A stretch of 64,000 nt of DNA, from assembly GCA_003344405.1 (NCBI GenBank), contig NOWV01000163.1:62001-126000 (forward strand), in the 5' to 3' direction. This stretch comes from Trichoplax sp. H2 (taxonomy: Eukaryota). The position numbers were made by a program, and so were the translations under genes. This document shows positions 1-13,735 of this stretch, in pieces (the first letter of the stretch is position 1; each line of letters starts with the position of its first letter). Below the pieces are notes generated by a model, which saw only the letters and a program-made list of their open reading frames with translations, was not told the DNA's origin and did not search any database.

Positions 1-3000
1 AGATTTTCTCTATAATTAGTCTTTATAGGGATACAAAATATAAGGCAGAGTAACTACAGTTTTAATAAATACTTCTGTGCATTAAACTTGTAAGAGTTGG
101 TAGATAAGCAATATAGTATTGATTCATATTGAATACTAGGTATTTATATAAGTCGATAATAGTCGATAAGAAGCCGATTAAATTAGCTATTAAATAATCG
201 TTTCGCTTATCCTCGATGTGAAGTACAGCAGTCACTTTAATAAACATCGAATTGCCCAGTTTAGTTAAATTAACCAGACTACTGAATTCTATCAAAACGG
301 TAATAATCATAATTTTCTTCGCTTGTAAGAGTAACATAGTGTGATGACTTTCAATATAGCTGATGCCAAATGCAAATAATTTAGACATTAAGTGATTTAC
401 AGTAAAAATTTTTGACATTTGTTCATTCGTAAAAGTCAATGTGTTCAAACTTTGTGGCTATAAATATTTTAAGAATACTGACGCATACCAATAAGCAAGA
501 TAAAAACAATATTACAAAATCTAAGGTATCATTTTTATTTACCATTAATTTATTGTCGGAATAATTTTTACTCACTTCTATTACTTAACGACTAACTTTA
601 TTGATGCTCATGCTTACATATGCTACCAACTATGACATATTTACTTTGATTAGGCTTGTTCTCTATAGAAATATACTCTAATTATTAAGCTCTGCTTGTT
701 GCCATTGTAAAATTGTGACGACCAACAATAACCAGTTAATCAAAAATTCCTGGAACGATTGCATTATCTGTTAATCTTTGTTCTTTTAGTAGTCGTATAA
801 TAGAAACAATGCTATTGTTACAATTGAAATTGCTTATTTCTTAATGATCGTCATTATCATTTTGATTATATTACATGATTCTATTATAATAGCTAATTCA
901 CCTAGGCAAAGGTCTTTCTATAGTTAGCAATAAAAAAAATTATAATGGATTTTGATATTGTAATTATGATTGGATCTGGTTAAGTTAAAGGAAACTACAT
1001 GAATATCTATATAATAAAATGATAACATTAGTTGCCTCATAGACTGCCTTCCATGCAGTCTATTTCAGTCCAATTTTGATTCTATTAGTCTGATTCTATT
1101 TGTTATGATCACTTTATCGATAGCAGCGCATAATAGGCTTGATTAAGATTTCTACAGTCTAAACTATAAGCAGAAATGATAGAATATGAAACATCTGCCG
1201 GATACTTATTATCTTTATATGTAATTAATTTTTATAAATGTACAGTTTATAACCGTGATAGCGTATCCTTAGTAACACTTTACTCTTAGAAATGTCTAAG
1301 GGTGTCGTGATGCTAGAGTATATCAAACCAGTATGATTGTATTCTATGTCACATGATATCTTAATTAAATATCAGTTGGATGATCAAATTTCTTGATATA
1401 CAGATTACTCTTTCTATGCTGATGTTGAATTAAAGCTAGGAGAAGCTATTTTACTGTTGCTAAATTGTTATTGTTTTAGATTTTAGCTAGATCTTAGCCA
1501 GTATTAATTCCATTTATTTATTATATATTAAAGTGTCAAGTTGCATTTCTTAGAATTCACCATAATTTTACGGTTAGCGAATTGAACTAAGATTTTATTG
1601 ATCAAGAATTTAATTCTTTAGGAATCTAGTATATTTCGATAAGAATCTAGAATCTGTTACAAAACTTATCAGTTAGGTAAGTGGTATTATTAATTAAATA
1701 TTATCACGATCGGAAACTGATTAATTATTTAATTTGATAGTTATAATTTTGATTTTATTTCTGAATGCTATTAATGAAAATTTTATAGCATAATTTTTAT
1801 GGATTTGTGTTATAGTAATGAAAATCTTCCTACTGACTAACTTTAATTGATAAATGATGACGTTTATATGGATAATCGCATGTTGTAACTTTATGAAATT
1901 CTACAGTAGCCTTTTAAACCGAGTAAAAATGAAAAATCAACTTGAGTTTGTCAACTCTAGCTTATCCAATTCTAGTGAACGTGGGGGTACAATGAGTAAA
2001 TCGAAATCTGATTTTGACGTAAAGATACAGCAGACAATTTAAATCTAAGTGTGATAGTTTTCATGATGACAGTTTTTACTGAAAGTATTCGATTTAGTGT
2101 TGATATTCTCAAATTGATTTGGTCGCAAATGCAGCCACTATAGATTTCAAATTGTACTTTATCGAATCCACGGCCAATATGATAAAGCTCTGTAAGGGCA
2201 ATACAGTTTCATCCTTAAATTTATGTACTTATTTCTAAATTATTGCTAAGTATAGTGTAGTATACCGAAACTATTATAAACTCAAATGGAAACTCGTACA
2301 CTTTATAGCCATTTAAAGCCTTAAAATATATTACCTTTATAAAGTGTCAAGCAATGTAGTATACCCTTGAATTCAATTTTAATTTTAACTACCCATCCTT
2401 CTAAAAGCTCACAGTCCCTATCCATAAACCTAATTTTTTGTATTGGTAAAATCGATTACTGGTGTGAAATAAGTATCCTATGCGTGTTATGAATAATATA
2501 TACTTCGCTCGCATTGCAATATTAGATTTACTAGATGAAAAGTAGTCAACATCAAACGTCTAATTAATTTGACAATAGTAATTTCGAATCTAAATCCTCT
2601 ATATAGGACTAGCTATTTTTCTAAAATTGCAATTGCTGGACATTGCTCAGTCTTATTGTACCGTTGCAGATTTCAAGTTTAACTTAAATTTCTACTCAAT
2701 TTATAAGCTAAGTAAAATATCGTCTTAATTGCCGAGCTAGGAAGTCTATGAAAGCATCATAAGCTTTACTCAATTCTTAGATTGTTCTTATCTCGGCTAT
2801 TATTTTAAAGAAATAATATGAATGCAAATTTAACGTAAATAAACACGTACATTAGAATAGAATCTCTATCAAAATGAATAGATCATATTTTGATTAATTA
2901 AAATAATCAGCGTCATAGTGTTTCAAAGGAATGAAAAGCGACTTCGTTAAGGAAAATAAATTAGAAATTGATAAGATACTCAATAAAGGAAATAAAATAT

Positions 3001-4332
3001 AACTATTTAACGATACCATCTTTAGATTTGTCTAGAAGTACAGACCGCCTTTAATAACAGACATTTCCTGTTATAGCTATGACATTATCGAAAATTTAAA
3101 GTGAAATTACTAACTATTCGTTTTATTTTTTACTATGGCTATCTAGCATTATCGAAAATTAAAATCGATAACACTGAATATTCGTTTTATTTCGGGAATT
3201 AAAATTTAAGACCGATATATCATGCATTTTCGGAAATAACTCGTAGGATAATAAATATTTATCATATTAATTAACATCTTATTTCGTAGCTAACGAAGTT
3301 TATAAGAAATTAAAACTGGATTTAATCAATTTTAGCGAATTGAATTAACAAAATCAGTCAACGCTATGTTTTCAATAATCGAACGATATACATTTTTCTC
3401 TGACGACTTCGACAGCTGCTATACCAATCACTGTATGCAAAGTATACTGACAGATATAATATAAATATATCGGTTCTGTCATTTCAAAATAAAATCGAGT
3501 TATGCTTTCAGGTATGTAATATTTGGACTGTATTTCTCGTCTATTAGAGGGTGGATAAACTAATTAGAAAGTTTAAAGCCACAGAAACTTCAACTAATTT
3601 TTAAAAGCTAGATTAATACTCTTATAGAAATATTGCTGAATAAAAGCTCCCTTTACGGCTAGAATTTTACTAATATTTGCGATGTCAGAGATTACGACTT
3701 GTAGATAGGCCGATGAAGTACAGTTAGCTGCAAGGTGCTTCGTTTTCAACTATATTTACATCAATTAATTAAATGGACATGAATGCAAACGTTGTCACAA
3801 AACTAATACATACATAACAATCTGTTTAGCATAGAAAAGACTATTATTGATTATTTACAATTATTAAAAACAAAATTAACTTAATGTTACTCTCCTCAAC
3901 TTTAACTATTATGAGTTAACCATTTTTCTATTATTTCGATTGATCTTCAACAATATCACTATTCGAAAATTGAGATAATATCATTATCAATAATATTAGT
4001 CATTTACAATGAAAAGAATAAGTGTGATTCAATTACCTAAATAGTTTCTAATGATCATTATTTTAGACAGTAGTATATGTTATTAGTTACAATGATATAC
4101 AGTAATTATTTGAAAAAAGAGAAAAATAATTTAATGATCTTCATCTTTTTGCCTTTATATAAATTTAAAAGCATTAAAGACTTGGCTAATGAAGCAATAC
4201 GAATACAAAGATACTTAACTCGATCTCTATTGCTTCCTTCTGTATATCCATAAGCATCATCATAGTTGCTATAATCGTTATAACCGAGAAATAGGCTGAA
4301 AACGATTGCCGCGGATCAGCAAAAGTATCATT

Positions 4333-5730
4333 ATGAGAAATCTTCATGGCCATGATGATGACGATAGCTATGCAGAGGGTGATTATTTTAACTGGACAAC
4401 CAACCATACTTTACCTGAAACTTACGGGCTACAAGAATATTTACAGGCTATAAGCATAGGAATACTCTTTTTTATGTCATTGATAGGCAATTCATTGGTT
4501 TTACGATACATTGTCAAGAAAAGGAAACTTCATACAGCAACATTTATTCTAATAGCAAACAACTGTGCAGTGGACTTGGCAATAACAATTTTCATTATGC
4601 CTATGTGCTTTATGGTTTCCATTTTACGTGGTTGGCCTTTCAATTATGCAGCATGCCAATTTTTCGGATTTATGGATATGACACTTTACACCGGTTCCTT
4701 AATGGCATTATCAGCGATTAGTATTATACGCTATTTTGCAACAGTATGTATTCGAGATAAAAATTACCATCTGAAAACCTCTAATAAAACGGCCTTAACT
4801 ATGATATTTATATGCTGGTTCTATTCACTTGCATGGGGTAGTTTTCCATTATTGGGTTGGAATCATTACGTCTTCTATATTGAGAAATTAATGTGTAACA
4901 TGAATCATCGAGATCAAAATCATTATACGACCGCGAGTACGATATGCACAACATTAGTACCTGGCTTAGTGGTTATCTATTGCTCATTCAGAATTATTCT
5001 AGCCGTACGCCAACATAGCCACCATAATCATTTTCATCAAACGCAGCAGCCTCTACAACGTTCACGTGTTGATCGCAAGGTAACTACGACTTTATTTATT
5101 GTCTTTATAGCTTACTGCTCTTGCACTATACCGCAGGTAGCTGTTGCTGCAATTTATAAATGGGATGAAGATGATACCATGAATCAACGTATATCTTATA
5201 GAAACATCAAAATCATGGCTACTATTCTATATTTAAGTAATTGCACCGTTAATCCAATCATCTATGGCGTATGCAATAAAAATTTAAGGTCAGCCTTTCA
5301 TTTTCGTGGATATTTTGATCGTTTCTTTGATGTTGATGGCGTTTCACAAGGCCCAACAGCCATGGGTCCGACTTCTATTCAAGTCAATGTTAATGAAAGT
5401 CCTACTACGAGATCTAGAAAATCACCCATTTCCCTCTCGAAAGTAAAATGCTTTGAAACTAACTCATCTAAGAATTGGCTAGCTAAAACATTGCAAAATC
5501 AATCTGGACTTAGACCAATGTCACCTAAGTTGGTCAATAAAACATCGCCAATGGTAGCAAGAGCAAGATTATCCGATGTAAGTTTGGTTTCTATTGAATC
5601 GACCCAAACGGCCATAGAGCCAATATCGCCGTTAAAATCGAATCCCAACGTTAGGAATTGGAAGAATAATACGGGCATTGCAGTAACACATCCAAGGATT
5701 AATCATTTAAAAAATCACGATATACACTAA
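4333..5730 (+). CDS. Rhodopsin-class (class A) GPCR, melatonin-receptor/opsin-outgroup-like, with long Ser/Thr/Pro-rich C-tail; 465 aa, single coding exon
   Basis: Seven hydrophobic segments; TM1 GN, TM2 ANNCAVDL, GWPF-C, TM3 SIIRY (DRY variant), PLLGWNHY, ECL2 KLMCNM, TM7 NPIIYG and helix 8 NKNLR. The first ATG is at 4333; the ORF-track start at 4306 is a TTG. Confidence 0.92.
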   Translation: MRNLHGHDDDDSYAEGDYFNWTTNHTLPETYGLQEYLQAISIGILFFMSLIGNSLVLRYIVKKRKLHTATFILIANNCAVDLAITIFIMPMCFMVSILRGWPFNYAACQFFGFMDMTLYTGSLMALSAISIIRYFATVCIRDKNYHLKTSNKTALTMIFICWFYSLAWGSFPLLGWNHYVFYIEKLMCNMNHRDQNHYTTASTICTTLVPGLVVIYCSFRIILAVRQHSHHNHFHQTQQPLQRSRVDRKVTTTLFIVFIAYCSCTIPQVAVAAIYKWDEDDTMNQRISYRNIKIMATILYLSNCTVNPIIYGVCNKNLRSAFHFRGYFDRFFDVDGVSQGPTAMGPTSIQVNVNESPTTRSRKSPISLSKVKCFETNSSKNWLAKTLQNQSGLRPMSPKLVNKTSPMVARARLSDVSLVSIESTQTAIEPISPLKSNPNVRNWKNNTGIAVTHPRINHLKNHDIH

Positions 5731-6981
5731 TATTAAATGGGAGGAGATTATGTGAAATGAATTCAATACGCTATCTTATTATGAAATGTCTTGTGGCTGT
5801 TTTTGCTTCAATAAACTAACTACCGTACTTGCACAAACAATAGATAGTATAAGTATATTTTTATCAGAGCTACTATAGCAGCGGTAGTACATCTGCAATC
5901 TTTTAGACACTTGTGCAGTATTATCGCATTTAGCGAAAAGTGTTATTCAGTTCTGTAACAGTAAATCAACTTGACTAGGCAAATACCAAGGTTTGATTTG
6001 TATTCCTTGCTACATCTAATCGTTATAATAATATTATTTATAATCATTCACGGTTAGCAATGTATTTTGCTAGAGAGAAAATTAGCTTATTAACTTATAT
6101 AGTTGGTAACTTAACTATTTCAGAATATCAATGATAACACATTTATTTTAACTGTACTCACTTAATAAATTTTACTGGTATGTAACGATGTTGACCTCAT
6201 CCTTAAAATTAAGATTAGCTTGATCCAATTTAAGATTAATAAAATTTCTTCTTATTGCACTCATTCAGCTAAGAAGATTTAAATATTCGTTATACTGCAA
6301 TTAATTATAATTATTAATAACTATTATAATGTGTATAAATAGAAGTAGTGGCATCAGGCACGCGCATCATTAGCAGTCCGGAAAATCCTTAACACACAAT
6401 TCAGCTAATGGTTCATGTAGTATTGGTAATTAATTGGCAATACATATAATGTGATGAGATAGAATCATTCTTTGTAGAGGAATTACAATCGTACTTCCAG
6501 TTTTATTTTAGATATATTTACTAAGTCTACAATTACTTAATACGTTTAAATGAGCGGATTTCATGTTTAATCAAGCCTAAAAGCATTTGTGCAAGTAGCT
6601 TATAATGTTGGGATGAAGACATACAGTAACAAAAAAATTTTACAATCATACCCAAATATGAATATCGTTCAAATTGTAGACTAAACCATAGACTAAAATT
6701 ACTTTTCGTATTGCCTGTATTTTATATAGCCATTATGAATACATGGAGCTTTCTTTAGTTTACCGGAAGATTGGCTGCTGTAATATCACAATTAGTGAGT
6801 AACAATAAAAAATTGATTCGATAGCTATGCCAGAAACTTATAATGGCTATTTAAATTCCCGTTTTTAAGGCAGTTCAATGATCGCTTAATCACTGATTTG
6901 TGACTTAATACTCAGAGAGGGAGTAAGGTTAGTTGTACATGACTTTTCAATATTTCATCAGTTATTTTTTAAATATGGCTT

Positions 6982-8167
6982 ATAACTACAGGTATATATT
7001 TTAAAATTATTAATGAATTAACGAATAACAATGGAAATTTAACCAATAAATCAATAGCATCATATCTTTAGAGCGAGATTAGTTAATGCGGCTTAAAGCA
7101 CCTGAAATCCATCAGATAGTAAAGGTTAATTAGTAAATTAAGGTATGCTTGTCGTTATGATTTTTGTAATACGAGTAATATATAAATGGTATTGATAAAG
7201 AAGCAAAAATATTTCCGTTTTAGAGACTGTTTGAGTTATATACATCAGATACATCATAGTATGCCTTGTAAATCTAGAAACACCTCTATTATACTCTAAA
7301 CCCATAATACTTGCGTAAGGTTATATTTTTACTAATCAATGACTTAATTTTAATTATATTGAAATAAGTAATAATTTATAAAAATGTAATAAACTTCGAT
7401 TGCTATAGTAGGTATAACATTTTGAAGACCAGGAAAGTTTGTTTGGCTTGCTTTTAAAAATCTTGATGAGTTTTTGTCAGGGATAATACGTTTCTTGTAT
7501 TTATTACGGTCAGGGCAGATGTCAACTGTTCAGTCTACTATATAATATTCTGTTGAGGTATCAGTAGCGATAATTCTCTATTTAGCTCAATTCTGTTATA
7601 GTTATAATGTAGGCAATAAAGTTTTATTGTACCTATTAATAATTAGAGAAGAGACCCAAACATTATTTCTGTTTCTATGTTTACATCATTACACAGCAGG
7701 TTTTTTTATCACCAGGCAGAAGGTCATTGTACGCTCTTTGTTAGGCCATGATATTTTCGACGTGTGATAATAACTTTTATTCTCTTGATTCATTTTGATA
7801 GAACGTCATGCTTTTACTTGATTCTTGGATTACACGGCATTGTAGAATGTAATGCCTTGAGTTTAGTAATTGAGTAAAATTCTTTAAGTATAGAATTACT
7901 AATATGCACTACCGTAGGCTATAATACTTTCGTAGTTCAATGCGATTAGTTGCTCGTGCTCAGGCAAAATATGGCAATTCAATGCCCGTACTTAACGTGT
8001 GGAAACGTGATAATATTACTACCATTACGAAATAGGTCATGCCCTAGGACTTTTAAGCGTATGCAACGAGTAGATCGAGAGTTCTTCTTATTCATAGTTT
8101 GTTGTAAATACCGTTACGGTTGGTTTTATTGTGATAAAGCTTAATTCGGGTTTTAAATCCAGTTCGA
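6982..8167. repeat. Copy 1 of a ~1.1-1.2 kb near-identical direct duplication abutting an N gap (probable uncollapsed haplotypes or contig overlap)
   Basis: Runs from ATAACTACAGG to TCCAGTTCGA and ends exactly at the gap 8168-8187. Matches 8188-9260 apart from SNPs and ~115 bp extra near 7185-7300. Confidence 0.9.
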
Positions 8168-8187
8168 NNNNNNNNNNNNNNNNNNNN
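8168..8187. other. Assembly gap (20 N)
   Basis: Run of N. Confidence 1.
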
Positions 8188-9260
8188 ATAACTACAGGTA
8201 TATATTTTAAAATTATTAATGAATTAACGAATAACAATGGAAATTTAACCAATAAATCAATAGCATCATATCTTTAGAGTGAGATTAGTTAATGCGGCTT
8301 AAAGCACCTGAAATCCATCAGATAGCAAAGGTTAATTAGTAAATTAAGGTATGCTTGTCGTTATGATTTTTGTAATAATGAGTAATATATGAACTCATAA
8401 TACTTGCGTAAGGTTATATTTTTACTAATCAATGACTTAATTTTAATTATTTTGAAATAAGTAATAATTTATAAAAATGTAATAAACTTCGATTGCTATA
8501 GTAGGTATAACATTTTGAAGACCAGGAAAGTTTGTTTGGCTTGCTTCTAAAAATCTGGATGAATTTTTGTCAGGGATAATACGTTTCTTGTATTTATTAC
8601 GGTCAGGGCAGACGTCAACTGCTCAGTCTACTATATAATATTCTGCTGAGGTATCAGTAGCGATAATTCTCTATTTAGCTCAATTCTTTTATAGTTATAA
8701 TGTAGGCAATAAAGTTTTATTGTACCTATTAATAATTAGAGAAGAGACCCAAACATTATTTCTGTTTCTATGTTTACATCATTACACAGCAGGTTTTTTT
8801 ATCACCAGGCAGAAGGTCATTGTACGCTCTTTGTTAGGCCATGATATTTTCGACGTGTGATAATAACTTTTATTCTCTTGATTCATTTTGATAGAACGTC
8901 ATGCTTTTACTTGATTCTTGGATTACACGGCATTGTAGAATGTAATGCCTTGAGTTTAGTAATTGAGTAAAATTCTTTAAGTATAGAATTACTAATATGC
9001 ACTACCGTAGGCTATAATACTTTCGTAGTTCAATGCGATTAGTTGCTCGTGCTCAGGCAAAATATGGCAATTCAATGCCCGTACGTAACGTGTGGAAACG
9101 TGATAATATTACTACTATTACGAAATAGGTCATGCCCTAGGACTTTTAGGCGTATGCAACGAGTAGATCGAGAGTTCTTCTTATTCATAGTTTGTTGTAA
9201 ATACCGTTACGGTTGGTTTTATTGTGATAAAGCTTAATTCGGGTTTTAAATCCAGTTCGA
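8188..9260. repeat. Copy 2 of the gap-flanking direct duplication
   Basis: Starts immediately after the gap with the same sequence as 6982. The near-identical 64-aa ORFs at 7950 and 9043 reflect this duplication. Confidence 0.9.
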
Positions 9261-9301
9261 CTGATTTATTGTGGACCCTTGAAAATCAACTTACTACAAT
9301 T

Positions 9302-9349
9302 TGGCGCTGCGAGTAGGGTTCGAGCCTAAGCGGGAAAGTCCCATTGGAT
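9302..9349 (-). pseudogene. tRNA-Ser 3'-half fragment with terminal CCA (tRNA pseudogene or PBS-like sequence)
   Basis: Minus strand reads ATCCAATGGGACTTTCCCGCTTAGGCTCGAACCCTACTCGCAGCG-CCA. This resembles the anticodon-stem 3' strand, long variable arm, T arm (GGCTCGA instead of GGTTCGA) and acceptor strand of eukaryotic tRNA-Ser. No 5' half is adjacent. Confidence 0.7.
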
Positions 9350-10293
9350 ATGCTCTGCTAAAGATTGCATCTATTTTAGTGAAAGTTGTACGAAAGATGA
9401 ATAAATTTAAAATCTAGAGGTTTAAATGAATGACAGATTTGTTTCTAGTCGATGAGTTTCCCGCTATTTCCTTTAATAAAAGTCAGCTCCCCCCAATTTG
9501 ATTAACAAAGGAGAATTCGATAATTGATATTTGGCTAAATCAATATTTCTTGGCTATTAAATGATTACCTAGAATTTAATAGTCACATTATGGAAATCTA
9601 AATTGACGGTAAATATTGTGGCTGATATTAGTAATTGTTGTTATAGAGTATTTCTTCATTTGTTGTAAGCTTGCCGACGAAGAAAGTATTTCACAACATT
9701 ATAATAACGATGAATATGAAGATAATTTTTCTTTCTTAATCTTCAGTTCGTATTCAACGATAGTGAAATAGTTTAAACAATAATTAATATAATAGCCAAA
9801 AATATTTATCTAACAGAGACAAATGTCTATAAAGTTTATTATTCCATATGACAAATTAGGTGTTTCAATTGATTGCCTTTGCTATTTCTAGCTAAAATCG
9901 TATGAATACTTATATTGACGTAGATGGAACGTCGAAGGTATTGTAGCTCAATTAATTGATCCGCTTGCTACATCATTAAGTAAATAGACTAAAATTTGAT
10001 TGTTGAGATACAAAGGAGTTTAATTAAAGTAAAATTATTCTTGCTTCTACATCAATTAAAGATTGGTCAATATTAGTCATTTAAATATTACGTAACCTTA
10101 AATAAAAATTTTTTTGTTAACTAAACATTCGCATTGAGATATTACTATAGCACAGTTAACTGGTACTGATAATTTTACAAGAATGATTTACCTAAAAATT
10201 TATTGCGAAGTATAGATTTGGATACAATAATTTGATGAGTTACAAAATATAACGCTTTTAACTATATCTTAACAAAACGTATCATAGTGGTTT

Positions 10294-11316
10294 TCATAGC
10301 ATTAAATGTGAATTAGCACGTTTACTACGAAATCGAACCGACAAAGGAATGACTGTACTTGAATGACGGTCACTTCGACATCTACAACAGATATTTGTCA
10401 ATAATTTTTGTTGAACGATATGTCGTAAGTAGGAATTCATTGCTCCATATATAATGGAATTCCAAGCGCTATTACTGAAATAGAGTATGGTTGCGATTGC
10501 CTGTATTCTGTAGTATAAATGTAAACTTCCAGAATATTCATTAAATCGGACTACAGTTGCCATTAATAAGTTCGGACCTATACATAAGAAATAGACGATA
10601 GCGATTATGCCCATCATAATAGTCACTCGTCGCTCTAATCGGTTGCTTCGGGTTAAATTAATGCTTCGGTTGGTAAAATTTTGCCACATATACACAATTA
10701 TTCTTATCGTGCAATAAAACAAAATGGTTGACGGTAGAAGAGTGCAAAATATTGTCGCTAGTAGCGGATATTGGCCTTCACGGTGATCCATATTGCACAT
10801 AAGTTTACCTAATACAAATGAATATCGATTCCATCCATATAACGGTGGACTTGCCCAAACTAGTGAATAAATCCAAACTATTGCAATCATATATTTAGCT
10901 CTTTTGACAGACATTTTCTTGGCAAAATCTTGATCCAAGGCTCTAACGATGGCATAATACCGGTTAATACTAATCATCGCCAATGATGATAGTGATGCTG
11001 TATAGGATACCATTTCTAAAAAGCCCAAAATCTGACAAGTGATGCTACTAAAGGGCCACATACCAACTTGAACAACAATAAAACATATTGGTATAATAAA
11101 AATTGTGATTAGTAAATCACAAAATGCTAGATTTGCTATTAAGATATTAGTTGATGTATGCAACTTCTTTTCCCAATAAGTCATGAAAACGACAGGAAAA
11201 TTTCCGATTAATGCGATAGTAAAGATAACTATTAATATCACAGAGATGATAATTGCCTCGGTGCCTTGTGGCCATTTATCATTGGATGTAGAGTTGGTCG
11301 ATGCGTTAAGATCCAT
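10294..11316 (-). CDS. Rhodopsin-class GPCR, melatonin-receptor-like (NRY, NSxxY); 340 aa
   Basis: 7TM; N-glycosylation sites NAS/NST, GN, ANLAFCDL, WPF-C, SINRYY, PPLYGWNRY, KLMCNM, NSAWNSIIYG. Clear paralog of its neighbours. Possible 5'UTR intron 11379-11317 (GTAAGT...TTTTTAAG directly before the ATG). Confidence 0.93.
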   Translation of the reverse strand: MDLNASTNSTSNDKWPQGTEAIIISVILIVIFTIALIGNFPVVFMTYWEKKLHTSTNILIANLAFCDLLITIFIIPICFIVVQVGMWPFSSITCQILGFLEMVSYTASLSSLAMISINRYYAIVRALDQDFAKKMSVKRAKYMIAIVWIYSLVWASPPLYGWNRYSFVLGKLMCNMDHREGQYPLLATIFCTLLPSTILFYCTIRIIVYMWQNFTNRSINLTRSNRLERRVTIMMGIIAIVYFLCIGPNLLMATVVRFNEYSGSLHLYYRIQAIATILYFSNSAWNSIIYGAMNSYLRHIVQQKLLTNICCRCRSDRHSSTVIPLSVRFRSKRANSHLML

Positions 11317-13735
11317 CTTAAAAATAAATTAATATTTCTTCTGATAATATAATAAAGCGTTTAAACAGCCTGCACTTACAATCCTTATAAAATTATGATA
11401 ATAGTAAGAATATGATCAAATAGAGCTTTGGGAGAACTTGTAGAACTTCGATTTCTACACAATATGATTATCGATGGAGGTGAAATTGTTAGGATATATT
11501 CTAATTACAGCGTAGAAAATGATAGTGAATGAAGAGACTTCGTAACAGTGATAATAACCATAAAGTGCTGTTTATAGCCACTCTTCAAGATTAGTTAAAG
11601 CTAGATTAGCATACCCTTAATTAGCATTTCAAGGGTAAATAATACCCTAGCTAGTATAAAAGAGATAATAGTTAATGATCAGAAATATGCTCTCTGTCAA
11701 TTGAATTCAAATTTTATTTGGAATGAAGCATTGATTCCTTTTTAATGTGTTATGCTTTATTATTTTAATAATACTTTATTGATGGCGTAGCATCATATAG
11801 GTATCCACTAGCTGAATTCATAAACATAGTAGAGGTCCGTAATAATCGATAAAAACTTTAATTATAAGCTACCCATTATCTATCATAATTTCGCCGGTGT
11901 TTTGATGACATCACATCAGTTAGATTGTTATGAATGAGGTCATTTGCTTTCAGCGTTTTTGAGATACTAGAGTACGAATATCAATACACCTAATTATTGT
12001 TCGACAATTCACTTCTGAGTATTACTGTGACAGCTCAAATAATGCAGCATTAGATCATGAATTAATTATCAGCACCATCTGATTATTCATTAACTATTAA
12101 TTTAAGCCGTAGTTAAGGAATTAATGTAGTTCAAACTAAAAATATATGTGAATGGTATTTGGTGTTATAAATTTTATCAGCTGTTATTACTAGATTAATA
12201 AAAGAGTGCAAAAATTTCGTGGAGAAAATAGAATATACTCAGCTGTACATTGCCAAATTGGTAAATTGATTTTGTACGTTTTCGGATCAAGTGATGACCA
12301 TCCAGTTAGCTAGTATATTAAGCCATCATGTTCTTTAGTTCGATAATTATAATAGCTCTGTAAGTGCAATACGAAATCTGAGTCTTCATAAGTCTCTTGA
12401 TTGAATTTTGATTCTTGGAAAGATTAATCAATAGTTCTTTGTTATCGCTTTTACTATATCTTTATTTAAAATCTGAAATTACGTGATCATAAGAAAAGTT
12501 CAGTTTATCGAGGATAGTACTCTAATCTTGAAGAAAATACAATCTTTTCGCTAGAGAAGCAGATGATAAAATCTTGGATTTACTAGTAAATGATTGCAAT
12601 GAATCTGGTTATAATTGTATATTTCTAGAATTTGACTGTTTGTCCACAATATATTGTTCGTACTTTAAGCCGGTGTTATAATATAAGCTAAAAATTGTTA
12701 CTAGAAGTACCGTTATTTCGCTTAATAATTTATAATTATACCCAAAGTAAAAGTAGGTTTGCCATTGGCTCTATGAACAGCATAGAAAATGATGGGAACG
12801 ATTACAAGGTAAATCTTCCAGCATCAAATTATAAAAGTTATAATGCATTAAAAATTAATATAACCGAACTTTCTTTAAAGTATATTTAAAAGGAATTAGT
12901 GAATACAAAAAAGTAAATCAACAATGAATCATTTTTAATTTACGTCTTCTTATATTGTAATTTTATTTGATTATTCAGTTAATTTTCTAGCGTAGATGCA
13001 CTTAGGGCATTCGATGAATAGGCGGTCTATATGATGTATCCTATTCCAGAAAATTGTGCAAAGTAATTGCAGTACGTCTAACTGTTATAAATTATTAGTA
13101 CAGACTATAGCTACGTTAGGCAGTTGTTTCCTGTAATCTATGACTGTATTTATTCATGCTATTTACATACATCCTTATTACACAGGATACGTACGAAAAT
13201 TAAATCATCGACAATTTAAGGTCAAAATGCTCTATTCTCTTTGAATTGAAGACAAGATTTTATTGTATTTAGTAAGTGAACTCTATTTGAGGGAATAATA
13301 TAGTGATGAAAACAAGTTGTCATATTAGTAGAAGATAGCTTTAAGGATAATTTCAATATTTCATTATATCTAAAATATTGTTGTATGCAAATAATTATTT
13401 ATAGAACATTAAATTGAAGGAAACAGACAGAAGTTTAACTTATGAATATTTCGATCCACAGTATCGTGCTCCAATTTTCATACAGAGCAATAGTTATAAA
13501 ATGTATGAAATTAACAAGGCAGCACTGGATTGAAGCACTATAATTTTTGCTTGCATATTGAAAGAGATTAACATATACATCAATCCAATCTATAATCATA
13601 ATAATATTGTGCGTTGTCGATCAGTTTATATCAGCATCTGCTATCGAGTGGAAGAGTTGAAAAGTTTGTCAATAAAAGGTCTGAATGTGTTGTTTACTGA
13701 TGAAGAATAGTAAGGCAACGGCCACAAATTGGTGT

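Noticed and set aside
62-448. 128-aa minus-strand ORF
   Set aside because: Non-ATG start, AT-driven composition (I/L/F/N/K), no recognisable domain or consistent exon structure.
3075-3195. ~64-bp imperfect tandem duplication (CATTATCGAAAATT...TATTCGTTTTATTT twice)
   Set aside because: Real but only two degenerate AT-rich copies, with no evidence of function.
7950-9237. Two near-identical 64-aa ORFs
   Set aside because: TTG starts; their identity simply reflects the gap-flanking duplication.
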